Virus record (IMG/VR): IMGVR_UViG_3300050821_002969
Coordinates: 1-64,000 of that record
DNA: 64,000 bases
Direction: 5' to 3' (one strand)
DNA from: a virus
Taxonomy: Duplodnaviria > Heunggongvirae > Uroviricota > Caudoviricetes
Under the pieces are notes generated by a model. That model was not told where the DNA came from and did not search any database. It saw only the letters and a list, made by a program, of their open reading frames with translations. Below, in pieces: positions 37,652-46,870 of this stretch (positions are counted from its first letter, which is position 1; each line of letters opens with the position of its first letter). Position numbers and translations under genes: made by a program.

Positions 37652-38491
37652 TCACAGTACCCTCCGTTTCTTCTCTACCAGTGGACGCCCATATTCGTTC
37701 AGGGGGCCACTACGATAGCTCGTTAAAGTTGAGATTATTTTTCTTGGTCTAGCCGCTGGATTAATATTCTGCGAATCGGCATAGTTCCACAACCATTCGC
37801 GGAACTGTTCTACGGTTGGCTTTATGTTGCTATGCAAAAATTTGGATAGTGTTGCGCTATCGCTTACGTCCCACGTGGGTTCCACTTCTGGAACTAGGTA
37901 TTTGCAACATTTTAGGAGCATTTCCTTGCATTGGATGAACGGAGTTCTTTCATCGTTCGACGATGGTAACAAAACCAAATTTTCCGCCGAAGGCGGAGGG
38001 TTATTACTTAGTCTTGTTAGTTGAGTCTTGTTAGTAGAAACGTCAGGAGGTATTAACGGAAACGTAGGATAGTATTCGATTGGTAAATCTGGGGAATGAT
38101 TCTCCACGTTTCCTATTAACTTATTAGTTACCTTTTGGGTCTTTTTTACCGGCAAAACAGTGTAAATAGTTTTGGCCATACACCCCGCTCCATCGCGTCT
38201 GAATTCAATTAGTCCAGCATCAAGTAAAGCTTTAATGCTTTTGCGGACTGTTGGTATAGAAATCGACAGCTTTTCAGCAATTAAACACTGTGACGGGAAA
38301 CATGTCCCAGTTTTATTGTCGGCGTGGCGGCAAAGCACAGCATAAACAGCCAAAGCCAATGCGCCTATTTTTTTAGAGTGTTGGTCGATAACCTCGTTGT
38401 CGATCCAGAGAAAATTTCCACGGACATCGCGAACCTCAAATACTTCATCTTCCTTTTCTTTCACGCACGCACACCATCCCAATGCGCCCAA
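37652..38491 (-). CDS. Replisome organizer or replication initiator-like HTH protein
   Basis: Contains CFPSQCLIAEKLSISIPTVRKSIKALLDAGLIEF, the winged-helix HTH typical of the N-terminal domain of phage replisome-organizer and DnaD-like initiators. Confidence 0.45.
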   Translation of the reverse strand: MGALGWCACVKEKEDEVFEVRDVRGNFLWIDNEVIDQHSKKIGALALAVYAVLCRHADNKTGTCFPSQCLIAEKLSISIPTVRKSIKALLDAGLIEFRRDGAGCMAKTIYTVLPVKKTQKVTNKLIGNVENHSPDLPIEYYPTFPLIPPDVSTNKTQLTRLSNNPPPSAENLVLLPSSNDERTPFIQCKEMLLKCCKYLVPEVEPTWDVSDSATLSKFLHSNIKPTVEQFREWLWNYADSQNINPAARPRKIISTLTSYRSGPLNEYGRPLVEKKRRVL

Positions 38492-38647
38492 AAAGGGCTA
38501 AGAATTTCACTCCGAACTTGTGTTGATTTTCCCAAGCTATCTAGAAGTTAGAAGGGGCGGGTGCAGGCTTGGGGTCTGCGAAGCCCGCCGCGCATCTAAA
38601 TACTTCAGATGAGACTATAAACACACGCCAAAAGAAATTGCAAGCGG

Positions 38648-39169
38648 TTATTTGGTTTCCCCCAGAAGCCGCTCCACTAATTGCCGCGTAGAAACATGGA
38701 GAATAATTTTGTCTTTGTTTTTGGCGTACCACTCCCCCGCTTCCCACTTGCCAGTAATCGCGCGACCCGCCCCCATCCAATCGGCCACCATTTCACGGGT
38801 AAAATGTACCGGCATAAACAATGCGCGAGTGGTGCCGTTATCGTTTTTGAGTACCCAGTGTTGCCAGTGGTGCGGATTGAAGTGTTGGTGGTGTAGCCAC
38901 GCATCGTCAAATCTGTCCTTTTTCCACTGTTTCCATGTATCGTTGGTCGGTGCGGTTCCATAGAAAAAATCTGCGTAGGGAAACCACTCACATGGCATAA
39001 ATTTAGACCAGTCGTGAACAATCAACCGCCACAGCGGAGCGCCAGTTTTAAGCCCCGCAATAAACACGAACCACTTATGGCTGGCTAGGTATTTGGCGTA
39101 TTTCCAATGCATTAAAACACACCCTCTTGCGACTCGTCCTCTGCGGCCAAAGATTCTATGCTTTGCCAA
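38648..39169 (-). CDS. hypothetical Trp/His-rich protein
   Basis: 173 aa with a HDWSKF...HHQHFNPHHWQHW segment. Confidence 0.35.
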   Translation of the reverse strand: MAKHRIFGRRGRVARGCVLMHWKYAKYLASHKWFVFIAGLKTGAPLWRLIVHDWSKFMPCEWFPYADFFYGTAPTNDTWKQWKKDRFDDAWLHHQHFNPHHWQHWVLKNDNGTTRALFMPVHFTREMVADWMGAGRAITGKWEAGEWYAKNKDKIILHVSTRQLVERLLGETK

Positions 39170-40578
39170 ACCCTACCGTTAACATCGGTTGCAACCGAGT
39201 AATCCCATGAAAATTTCTTGCCAACGCCAGCCCTAAGTGAACCAAAAAAGGCTTCTTTAAAACACTGAAATGTGGCGTGAGGATCATGCTTCGGGTTGGC
39301 TTCAAGGTGTTTTACTTTGACCGTGCAAAACGGTTTACCGCTCTTGGTTTTAAGAGAATGCCCGTCTATGGAGTCCGTGTCGCTATAACTAGCGATTTCC
39401 GCCGTTATAGACCGCATGTTGGCCCCAAGCGGAAATGCCGTTTGGGTAGACGCAGGCTTAGCCGTTTCCTGCTCATTAGGGACCGCTGGTGAGTTAATTA
39501 CCTTCTCGGTGGCCGCAAGTATGTCCGCAGGGATTGCGTCCTTTGTAATGGGGTCGCGTGCGAATTTAACCCCATCGACGTGGATAACGTCTTTGATTTG
39601 GAGTAACCCCTTGGTACCACGCTGGACCATAAACCCAGCCTTTTTACGTCCCTTGGCTTGTAAAACTGCGCGGAACAAGTGTTGGTCGTAGACATATAGC
39701 AGCGTATCCCCGATACACTTAATCCGATAGTATGGTGCGCCTATATGCCTCTTTTCCTCTGGAAGTGTCTTGTTTTCTGATAGTTGCTTTGGTGATAGGC
39801 GTGTTGTGCCAACTTCCGCATCCAATACGGCGGTTTCTAGTGGGGTAATTTCTGCCGCTGGTTTATCGGGTTTTGGCCTAGCGCGTTCGGGGTCGGTAGG
39901 CGCGGAGTCTCCGATAACTATGCCCTCTGTGGTTTCTATCTGTTGCGCGTTAAAAGTTGGGGTGCTAGCTTGAGCTACGCGATCTTCCACGCTTTGTTCG
40001 GAGAACCCCTCGTGGCCGTGTCCTCGATTTTGCTCCCTGCTAACTTCCAGCGTGCCGCGTTCTACTTCGCGGCGAGATTGTCTAGCCGGTTCGGTTTCGT
40101 CTTGCCGAATGGTTTCTAGCTCCGTTTCGTCCAAAAGGCCAAGGCCGACGATAGAAAGCGTAGCGCGGCGCTTTGCCTTCGTCTCCACTTTCATCATGGC
40201 GTTAGCCAAGTCAACACCCTTTAACCCCTGAATACTTAGAACTCCGGTAGCTACATCCGTGCGGCCCTCGCTATCGGTTACGTGGCACGTAGCAACGGCT
40301 ATTCCATCTTCGATTTTCACGGAAAGACCGGTTACACTAACTCCATGAATCTTACGCAACTGGTCTGTAGCATCGCGCTTGGCATATAAAAGCAACTTGC
40401 CGTTAAGTAGCGTGTATTCAAAAGGTTTGGTTAGAGGATTTAAACCAACGCTTTTACAAACAGCGCGGTAATAGTTAATACGTTCTTCTGGCTTAAGTCC
40501 GGCTAGGTCGCCAAGGATTAAAGCCTTTTCGTAAGCCTCTACGGATGTTTGACCGATTGTTGCTAATGCTTCAGACAT
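39112..40578 (-). CDS. Red-beta/RecT-family single-strand annealing protein with a C-terminal extension
   Basis: The N-terminus MSEALATIGQ...VGLNPLTKPFEYTLL parallels the lambda Red-beta N-terminus (MSTALATLAG...YGLNPWTKEIYAF), comparison from memory. The ORF is 488 aa. Confidence 0.5.
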   Translation of the reverse strand: MSEALATIGQTSVEAYEKALILGDLAGLKPEERINYYRAVCKSVGLNPLTKPFEYTLLNGKLLLYAKRDATDQLRKIHGVSVTGLSVKIEDGIAVATCHVTDSEGRTDVATGVLSIQGLKGVDLANAMMKVETKAKRRATLSIVGLGLLDETELETIRQDETEPARQSRREVERGTLEVSREQNRGHGHEGFSEQSVEDRVAQASTPTFNAQQIETTEGIVIGDSAPTDPERARPKPDKPAAEITPLETAVLDAEVGTTRLSPKQLSENKTLPEEKRHIGAPYYRIKCIGDTLLYVYDQHLFRAVLQAKGRKKAGFMVQRGTKGLLQIKDVIHVDGVKFARDPITKDAIPADILAATEKVINSPAVPNEQETAKPASTQTAFPLGANMRSITAEIASYSDTDSIDGHSLKTKSGKPFCTVKVKHLEANPKHDPHATFQCFKEAFFGSLRAGVGKKFSWDYSVATDVNGRVWQSIESLAAEDESQEGVF

Positions 40579-41131
40579 TTTTATCCTCTTTCGGTAATAG
40601 GTGTTTCCACGTTTGACCGCGAACTATAAAATCAATGGTTCCATTAACAACCCCGAATCTACGGGCCAGCCTGCGAACGCTAATTCCGGTTTTATATAGC
40701 TGGCGTATTTCCATAACCTCGGCATCAACCAGCTTGTGCATTGGATGGGCTTCGCCAAGAAAATGCGGGCCATTGCCACGGCCTTTACGGGCCATATCGG
40801 CAGCGTTGTCGGCATCTGTTCCTTGAAATAAATGAGAAAAACGCACACACGGCGGATTATCGCAATGGTGACAAACGTGTAGCGTGGGCATTTGTCCAGT
40901 TTCGATTAGCCACGCAACGCGATGGGCGTATGGCTTAACCCGATCCTCGAAAGCGGCCTTGAATCCTACTTGACCATAGCCTGCTGCCGTTCGCGAGCCG
41001 CGCCACTCCCAGCAATCACCATTTGGACCAAGGCCAAGAGATTTATCAACATTCTCCCAAAAATATTCGGCTAACGTTATTGGCGCGTAGCGATTGAAGC
41101 TATGTGTTCTTACCGCTGATAGGTTGGGCAT
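40571..41131 (-). CDS. HNH endonuclease
   Basis: Contains YAHRVAWLIETGQMPTLHVCHHCDNPPCVRFSHLFQGTDADN, an HNH motif. The gene is inserted between the annealing-protein and exonuclease genes. Confidence 0.6.
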   Translation of the reverse strand: MPNLSAVRTHSFNRYAPITLAEYFWENVDKSLGLGPNGDCWEWRGSRTAAGYGQVGFKAAFEDRVKPYAHRVAWLIETGQMPTLHVCHHCDNPPCVRFSHLFQGTDADNAADMARKGRGNGPHFLGEAHPMHKLVDAEVMEIRQLYKTGISVRRLARRFGVVNGTIDFIVRGQTWKHLLPKEDKNV

Positions 41132-42149
41132 TGGGTTGTCCTAGTATCGGTAGTTTATCATCAGCCACGCCGCTTAGATCACCAAAAAAAGTGCTTCTCG
41201 GATGCTTGAAGTATGGGCAAATTGGCGCATACTGGCACCACTTGGATGAACACCACCAGTCGGTTTCTCGTGCGGGCACAAATACGCCCTGCTGAATTGA
41301 AGAAACGGCGTTGGCTATTCGGTTGAGATATACGTCGATATCTTCTGGCTTACGAAAAGAGCTTAACAGTTGCGGCTTGACTCCACTTTTTAGGTCTACC
41401 AATACATCTAATCCAACTGCGTCGGGTAGCCTACCGTCAATCACCATGGACGACATGCAATAACTTGTAAGCTGATCGTCCGAGTCTACGTCGGCCTGAT
41501 TCTTGGATTTTTTACTAGTTTTTAAATCCCTAATCTTAAACGGCTTGGATGTGTCAAGTTTCTCCTTGTCGCCGTCAACGGGGGTTCCTTCCAACAGGTC
41601 AACCTCACCCGCGAAATCCCAACCTTGCCTTGCCGCCGCGTTTAGCGCTTCGCCCTCGCGATGTAGCGTTCTTTTCTCCCAAGAATTGTCGGCCATCTCC
41701 GCTTGCTTGTGGACGGTCGCAGCTCGTTGACGCAGGAACTTATCTAACGATATAGAAAAACGCCGCGCCGTTCGGAACGGCTTAATTTCTGGCGCAACCA
41801 AGGAGTGGTGAGCAGTTACAAGCCTTACCGCCTTATCCTTGGTTGCGTCTATGATTTGTTGATTAGATTTGCCGGTTTCGTCTTCGTCTTGCGCGGTAAT
41901 TCCAGCGGCGTCTGGGTCGTTAACTACGGCATCGCGTGCGATATCAAGGATTTCATCCTCTCGCGCAAGGTCGCCCGTAAGAATCTTGGTATTCAGGTCG
42001 TAGCCAACAGCTTTATCTACCGACTTACCGCAAATCAAGTAAGATGAACTAGGCGACTTGCGGTGCTCAAGATAGCGAAACTTGAACTTCTGGCCGCACA
42101 TGTTGAGTACGTTTAATGCGCTCTGGTGCAACTGGCGACGAAAAGCCAT
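41100..42149 (-). CDS. PD-(D/E)xK exonuclease with a C-terminal Cys cluster (Cas4 / lambda-Exo-like)
   Basis: Contains EVDLLEG...IRDLKTSKK, which are D/E-x-K motifs. The C-terminus WWCSSKWCQYAPICPY has a Cas4/RecB-type Fe-S Cys triad. It is adjacent to the annealing-protein gene. Confidence 0.5.
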   Translation of the reverse strand: MAFRRQLHQSALNVLNMCGQKFKFRYLEHRKSPSSSYLICGKSVDKAVGYDLNTKILTGDLAREDEILDIARDAVVNDPDAAGITAQDEDETGKSNQQIIDATKDKAVRLVTAHHSLVAPEIKPFRTARRFSISLDKFLRQRAATVHKQAEMADNSWEKRTLHREGEALNAAARQGWDFAGEVDLLEGTPVDGDKEKLDTSKPFKIRDLKTSKKSKNQADVDSDDQLTSYCMSSMVIDGRLPDAVGLDVLVDLKSGVKPQLLSSFRKPEDIDVYLNRIANAVSSIQQGVFVPARETDWWCSSKWCQYAPICPYFKHPRSTFFGDLSGVADDKLPILGQPNAQPISGKNT

Positions 42150-42722
42150 CTATTCTCCTGTTTCAATGTAATGGTCAATACGCTTGCATGCACGTTCAAC
42201 TTGTCTCTTTGGGGTTAAATCCTCAAACCCGTCTTGTAGCTTGTCGGGCCAGCCCTCAAGATGAAATAGCAGTTCTTGGCCGTCTTCGTCAATCCCAAGA
42301 TAATGTGCGGCAACGTCTGGGGTATCCCAACCAAAATCGAAAACCGCGATTTCGCCATCCTCAACCTTGCTAAATTTTGGCTTTATTTTGCCAGCCATCA
42401 TAAGCGCCGAACCAGCCAAACACGCCACGGTGCCGCATGGTGGTTTTTGTGCTAGAAAAGTTGGCACGGATAAGTCGTAGTTCGTTTCCCCGCACTGGTC
42501 TATTAGCCGCGCTAGCGGGTTTTCCTTTAATGCTTCTGGGTTTTTAACCGAAGTCCCCCACCACGACATATCGAACCTGCGCGGCTCTTTGCGGATAAAC
42601 TCTTGCAATTTGCGAAGCTTCTTAATTGTTGCTTTTGATGGTTTCATGCTGTTCTCTTTTCGTTTGGAATATGCTCTGCCCTGCTGATAAATACTGTGTT
42701 CTTGCGCCGCACCGCAGACCAT
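42150..42722 (-). CDS. hypothetical protein
   Basis: 190-aa ORF whose true start is probably the internal MKPSKATIKK. Confidence 0.35.
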   Translation of the reverse strand: MVCGAAQEHSIYQQGRAYSKRKENSMKPSKATIKKLRKLQEFIRKEPRRFDMSWWGTSVKNPEALKENPLARLIDQCGETNYDLSVPTFLAQKPPCGTVACLAGSALMMAGKIKPKFSKVEDGEIAVFDFGWDTPDVAAHYLGIDEDGQELLFHLEGWPDKLQDGFEDLTPKRQVERACKRIDHYIETGE

Positions 42723-42890
42723 TTGGAACCATAAACATTCTTACGGTTGAGGATTTGGAATACCCACAACTGTAGCTTCATGGCTGCCCTTTGATCGTCG
42801 CATTCCACTGGCAATGCCAGCCCAGGGGATAGCGTAGTTAGTTTGGCAAGGATTTCCGAGTAATCCGCCTTGTAGGTGATTTCCGTGGTG

Positions 42891-43463
42891 TTAACTGGCC
42901 TTAAGATTTTCATGTTTCCTCTCTTTTAATTGATCCCACGCATTGAGATAGTTTATGTAATCGTGTCGCTTAGAGTGCGCTCCCGGATGCTTATGGTTTC
43001 TCGGTTCAAGCGAGATAGTAGTATCGAGCACCAACGAAACCGGTGCGGGCATAATCAGGAAGCCTTTTGGGTTGGTACCTATGTTAAAGTCAACATCCTC
43101 CCTACCGCGCCTGACAATGTAATACTGGCATCCGTTGATAATATGTGGCGTCATTTTATACAGGTTGCAAACATGGCCATTCACAATGACGCGGCGCGCT
43201 GACTTCCGCATACAATCCGTAATGAAGCTTTCCACGTAGAATCCGCGAGCGATACATTCATCCACAAACGAGTTATCGGGCAACGAGGCTAGTTTTCGAT
43301 AATTACGTTCCGCCCTGCGATCACATCCAGTCGTCCCAAAATACTGCAACTCAAGTTGGCGTATTCGCTCTCGTGAGCAGCCGACAATTCTAGCGATATG
43401 TGCTTGCGGTAGACCTTTCTCGATTAATTGCTTGATTTTTTCGTGGTTAAATTTGGTTTCCAT
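42891..43463 (-). CDS. HTH domain protein
   Basis: The N-terminus LPQAHIARIVGCSRERIRQLE reads as a sigma-region-4-like helix-turn-helix. Confidence 0.4.
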   Translation of the reverse strand: METKFNHEKIKQLIEKGLPQAHIARIVGCSRERIRQLELQYFGTTGCDRRAERNYRKLASLPDNSFVDECIARGFYVESFITDCMRKSARRVIVNGHVCNLYKMTPHIINGCQYYIVRRGREDVDFNIGTNPKGFLIMPAPVSLVLDTTISLEPRNHKHPGAHSKRHDYINYLNAWDQLKERKHENLKAS

Positions 43464-43876
43464 TAAAACGCCTCTTCCTCTAAGAGTGGATAGAAGTTAA
43501 CTTTGCCGTTTTCAAGTTTGGCTTCAAACACAAACACTTCCCATATTTTGCGCTTGCCCCGCTCTCCGACTTGAGCCCAACCGTGAACATGGATACGATT
43601 TCCAGACCTAAGCACATCTGGCGCGTCTGGTGATAGCAGTATCTTGTTACGTCTCGCCGCCTGATTAGCGCGAGTAGTGGTTTGCACGTATAGCGTTCCA
43701 ACGTGTTCTGGATTCACGCACACCAGATCAAATGCTCCAAAAGCATCTTGGCGCATCCGCACCGTCCTGCCGGTCGCCTTGTCGGGAAATGAAATCCATT
43801 TCTCCACATTGGCTACACGATAGCCGCGATCCCGCAAAAACTTTGTGGAGCGTGCCGATGGTGAAAGAACGGCCAT
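43463..43876 (-). CDS. Possible PD-(D/E)xK nuclease or resolvase-like protein
   Basis: 137 aa with ...FDLVCVNPEHVGTLYVQTT..., a D-x(n)-Q/E-x-K-like arrangement. Confidence 0.25.
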   Translation of the reverse strand: MAVLSPSARSTKFLRDRGYRVANVEKWISFPDKATGRTVRMRQDAFGAFDLVCVNPEHVGTLYVQTTTRANQAARRNKILLSPDAPDVLRSGNRIHVHGWAQVGERGKRKIWEVFVFEAKLENGKVNFYPLLEEEAF

Positions 43877-44132
43877 TTAATGTTTTCCGCAAATCATGAT
43901 TTCTTTGGCGATAGCCAAACCAATGCCACCGGAGTCATCCTTGAACTTCCACGCCCCTTCTTTGTCTTGGTAGTGGTGGGCATTGGGTATGCGCGGATAT
44001 ACAACTTCGTGTCGTTCGACAACCACGCGCCGCGCCTTCTCTCTAGCCTTGCTCGACTTCTTGCAAATACCGCAGATGAACATGCTTTATCTCTCTTTGA
44101 AAATTGGGGCGGCATTGCACCGCCCGTTAGAT

Positions 44133-44558
44133 TTAGGCGACCGTTGCGTATGGCGAATGCTCCACTACGACTTCCGGTGCAAAGGTAGAACGGTACCGCT
44201 GCAAAAGCAGTACGGCATTCTTGAGTGCAGAAATCTGCTCATAAAGCGAGTTTACCTGCTCGTTCTTTTCGGAAATCATGCTGTCCAACGCCGAAACAAA
44301 TTCGGTTGGGTTGTTAAGCATGGCCATGAGTGGACTTACTTTTGGACTACGTTTAGTGTACTTCCTGGTGATTTGCTTGTGTGCCAATTTGCCACTCTTG
44401 TAGGCACGAGAGCCGGTGCTGGTTCCGTTGACATCGTGGACCGAGAAGCGATGACTCCCGAGTGCTCCACGTCCATTGAATGTCGTGCGGTTGCCTTCTG
44501 AGGCGCATTCAGGACAGCCAAAAGGCGGGCCTTGAATTTCACTATTTGGAATGTTCAT
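44133..44558 (-). CDS. hypothetical zinc-finger protein
   Basis: 141-aa ORF. N-terminal CPECASEGN...H..H. Confidence 0.35.
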   Translation of the reverse strand: MNIPNSEIQGPPFGCPECASEGNRTTFNGRGALGSHRFSVHDVNGTSTGSRAYKSGKLAHKQITRKYTKRSPKVSPLMAMLNNPTEFVSALDSMISEKNEQVNSLYEQISALKNAVLLLQRYRSTFAPEVVVEHSPYATVA

Positions 44559-44820
44559 TGGTTTATCTCTCTCCTGTGCAGATATGCACTATAACTCAGA
44601 TGTAAAGAGAGTAAGGTTGGTTGCATTATTTGTCAAGAAATTTTGGTGCCGCTAGCAAGATTTCCACTTGCACGCCATTGCTGGCACATGGGCCTAAACC
44701 ATGCATGTCTGGTAATTCCATCATAGCGGCACTGGTACCCATGGAGCGACTTGCACGCTCACGCCCGAAGGCAGCGGGGCTTAAATCCGCCGTGTATTCT
44801 ATTCCACCACATGGGCAAAA

Positions 44821-44909
44821 TGGTGAGGGCGGATCGAATCGAACGACCGAGACTGCAAAGAGTCGCTGGGTTACGGCCAGCTTGAGATTACCAACATCTC
44901 AACGCCCCC
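44821..44909 (-). tRNA. tRNA-Tyr(GUA), type II, CCA encoded
   Basis: Acceptor GGGGGCG/CGCCCTC. Anticodon stem GCTGG/CCAGC. Anticodon loop CCGTAAC (C33 is unusual). Long variable arm. T-arm GGTCG-TTCGATT-CGATC. Ends ACCA. Confidence 0.65.
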
Positions 44910-44911
44910 GG

Positions 44912-44995
44912 AGGAAGATGGAGCATCGAAGCCCTAACCCTTGCGGGTTACTCACGGGTTCAAACCGTGTCGCCGTCCACTACAGCAGCACCTTC
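44912..44995 (-). tRNA. tRNA-Ser(UGA)-like, type II, with an aberrant T-arm
   Basis: Acceptor GGAAGGT/ATCTTCC. Perfect anticodon arm CACGG-TTTGAAC-CCGTG. A 6-bp variable-arm hairpin. The T-arm region is only 15 nt and does not fold canonically. Confidence 0.4.
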
Positions 44996-44997
44996 CG

Positions 44998-45083
44998 GCG
45001 ATGGGAGCGAGGCTCGAACTCGCACGCCCCTTTCGGGTGCAACGGTTTAGCAAACCGTCCGTTTTACCATTCACGCATCCCAC
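44998..45083 (-). tRNA. tRNA-Ser(GCU), type II
   Basis: Acceptor GGTGGGA/TCCCATC. Anticodon arm ACGGT-TTGCTAA-ACCGT. Long variable arm. T-arm GCGAG-TTCGAGC-CTCGC. No encoded CCA. Confidence 0.7.
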
Positions 45084-45108
45084 CGTTAAATTGTCAAAGA
45101 CCTAAACC

Positions 45109-45193
45109 TTGGTAGGCCAGAACGGACTTGAACCGTTACGCCTTGCGGCAGCGCATTTTGAGTGCGCCGTGTCTGCCATTCCAACCACTGGCC
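45109..45193 (-). tRNA. tRNA-Leu(CAA), type II, CCA encoded
   Basis: Perfect acceptor AGGCCAG/CTGGCCT. Anticodon arm GCGCA-CTCAAAA-TGCGC. T-arm AACGG-TTCAAGT-CCGTT. Confidence 0.7.
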
Positions 45194-45554
45194 TAAATTT
45201 TACAGGGATAAATACGAGTGCAGCGCTAGGCTGCTACTGAGTCGCAATGAGAGCGATAGAGTCATTGGATTTTTGGGAGCGGTCGCCGGTAACGATCCGG
45301 CTTTGCGACTTATGAGGACGCCGTGGCACCTGTCCACTTCCCCGCCAAAATTATTAGAGCATGGGCGCTTAAGTTGTGTCAATAATTATTTGGGATTGTT
45401 CTAGCCATTCTTGGTAGGTAAGAAATTTTCGACCACTAGACCTCCACGCCCTTTTATACATGTAATAACGCCGCAAGGCTTCGCGTTCCTTGATAACTAC
45501 CTTACCTAACCTTGTGCGCCATTCTTGCTGGATTGGGCGTGCTCTCATAAAATA

Positions 45555-45633
45555 TGGTCAGCCCGGTTGGATTTGAACCAACGTGAACCCGCTCCCAGGG
45601 CGGGTGCCTGAAGCCAGACTAGGCTACGGGCTG
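45555..45633 (-). tRNA. tRNA-Pro(GGG), CCA encoded
   Basis: Acceptor CAGCCCG/CGGGCTG. D-stem GCCT/AGGC. Anticodon arm CCCGC-CCTGGGA-GCGGG. T-arm GTTGG-TTCAAAT-CCAAC. Confidence 0.7.
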
Positions 45634-45638
45634 AAATT

Positions 45639-45714
45639 TGGTGGCCGCTTCTGGTATCGCGCCAGATTTTCTTCTTCTTCAGAGAAGCACACTGACTATC
45701 AGTGTTAAACGGCC
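45639..45714 (-). tRNA. tRNA-Phe(GAA)-like with a non-canonical T-loop, CCA encoded
   Basis: Acceptor GGCCGTT/AGCGGCC. D-stem ACAC/GTGT. Anticodon arm CTTCT-CTGAAGA-AGAAG. T-stem TCTGG/CCAGA with loop CGCGATA (no T54-psi55-C56). Confidence 0.55.
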
Positions 45715-45807
45715 AATCTTGGGTGGACTTGTAAATATTTACGTAAACCTGCCACAATAAACCATGAACTTAAAATTGCAAACGATCCATATGGCAAGCG
45801 TCGAAAG

Positions 45808-46383
45808 TTGTACGAAGCCCGCTGCCAACAGTGTAAATCATGTTTTTATGCCCCGAAATGCAAACTAGATAAAAATCTAGCTAAATATTGTTCTTTGCCG
45901 TGTTTTCATGCTGCATCGCGCACGCGAATATCTAAACTGTGCGCAATATGCAACAAGCAAATCACAAGAACCCCTAAAGCGGCCTCGCGCTGCAAGAGCG
46001 GTTTATTCTTTTGTTCCCGTGAATGTAAGTCTGTAGGCCAACGGTTTGAAACCACGGCTACATCAGCCTGCCATCCAGCGCATTATAAAAACGGCACAAG
46101 CGCTTACGGTAGAATTGCGGTTCGTATTCACGGCAATTATTGCAACCGTTGCGGTTATAGCGAATATCCCGGCATACTACGCACTCACCATAAAGACAGA
46201 AATCGCGAGAACAATTTGCCATTAAATCTTGAGCGCCTATGCCCAAATTGTCACGAAGTCGAACACTTCTTGGCTAGCGATGGTGTTTACGCCAGCCATA
46301 AGCGCCATAATAAAAACTTGGTGGACCGTACCGGCTATGCTCCGGTCGCCTCTGGTTTGCAGGACCAGCGCTCTCCTGAATGA
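45808..46383 (+). CDS. HNH endonuclease (plus strand, inside the tRNA island)
   Basis: Contains HHKDRNRENNLPLNLERLCPNCHEVEH, the HNH core, plus several CxxC zinc-finger-like pairs. Confidence 0.65.
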   Translation: MYEARCQQCKSCFYAPKCKLDKNLAKYCSLPCFHAASRTRISKLCAICNKQITRTPKAASRCKSGLFFCSRECKSVGQRFETTATSACHPAHYKNGTSAYGRIAVRIHGNYCNRCGYSEYPGILRTHHKDRNRENNLPLNLERLCPNCHEVEHFLASDGVYASHKRHNKNLVDRTGYAPVASGLQDQRSPE

Positions 46384-46396
46384 GCTAACAGCCCAC

Positions 46397-46471
46397 TGGG
46401 GTGTACCGTGCGAGTCGAACGCACTAAAATGAGAGCCACAATCTCACGCCGCACCGTTTGGCTTGGTACAC
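46397..46471 (-). tRNA. tRNA-His(GUG), CCA encoded, no encoded G-1
   Basis: Acceptor GTGTACC/GGTACAC. Anticodon arm TGAGA-TTGTGGC-TCTCA. T-arm GTGCG-TTCGACT-CGCAC. The base at -1 is C and the discriminator is C. Confidence 0.65.
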
Positions 46472-46479
46472 GTAAACCT

Positions 46480-46551
46480 TGGAGCCGACTGTGCGTGTTG
46501 AGCGCACTCCGCAATGGGTACAAGCCGCTGCGCCCTCCCGAGGGAGTCGGC
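46480..46551 (-). other. Degenerate tRNA-like element (acceptor stem, T-arm and CCA present; no foldable anticodon arm)
   Basis: GCCGACT...AGTCGGC-T-CCA with T-arm GTGCG-CTCAACA-CGCAC. The internal 37 nt do not form D or anticodon arms. Confidence 0.3.
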
Positions 46552-46560
46552 CAAACTTTG

Positions 46561-46634
46561 TGGAGCCAAGACTGCGAATTGAACGCAGGCTTCATTCTTA
46601 CCAAGAATGCGTACTGCCACTATACGATCAAGGC
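46561..46634 (-). tRNA. tRNA-Thr(GGU) with two U-U mismatches in the acceptor stem, CCA encoded
   Basis: D-stem CGTA/TACG. Anticodon arm CATTC-TTGGTAA-GAATG. T-arm CTGCG-TTCAATT-CGCAG. Acceptor GCCTTGA/TCTTGGC with mismatches at 4-69 and 5-68. Confidence 0.5.
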
Positions 46635-46636
46635 CA

Positions 46637-46711
46637 TGGGGCTAGCGCGGAAAATTGCGTTCCGATTTGCTGGTTACGAATCAGCCGTATTTCTACTTAT
46701 ACGACGCTAGC
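46637..46711 (-). tRNA. tRNA-Thr(CGU) with a non-canonical T-loop, CCA encoded
   Basis: Acceptor GCTAGCG/CGCTAGC. D-stem CGTA/TACG. Anticodon loop TTCGTAA. T-stem CGGAA/TTCCG with loop CGCAATT. Confidence 0.55.
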
Positions 46712-46788
46712 AAAAATGAATTAGGCGTCTTTCGTGTCTAGCATTCCGACGAAACGGAACAGCTTTCCCTAGCCTAGACGCCTAAACT

Positions 46789-46863
46789 TGGAGTGCCGTG
46801 GGTGAATCGAACACCCGTGGTACGGGCTGCAACCGTACACCTAAGCCACTCGGTCAACGGCAC
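46789..46863 (-). tRNA. tRNA-Cys(GCA), CCA encoded
   Basis: Acceptor GTGCCGT/ACGGCAC. Anticodon arm TACGG-TTGCAGC-CCGTA. T-arm GGGTG-TTCGATT-CACCC. Confidence 0.7.
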
Positions 46864-46870
46864 ACTAAAA

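Noticed and set aside
45545-45757. 70-aa minus-strand ORF
   Set aside because: It is fully overlapped by tRNA-Pro and the tRNA-Phe-like gene. It is treated as a spurious reading frame.
46480-46551. Canonical tRNA between tRNA-His and tRNA-Thr
   Set aside because: The acceptor stem, T-arm and CCA are present, but the internal 37 nt cannot form D and anticodon arms. It is kept only as a degenerate tRNA-like element.
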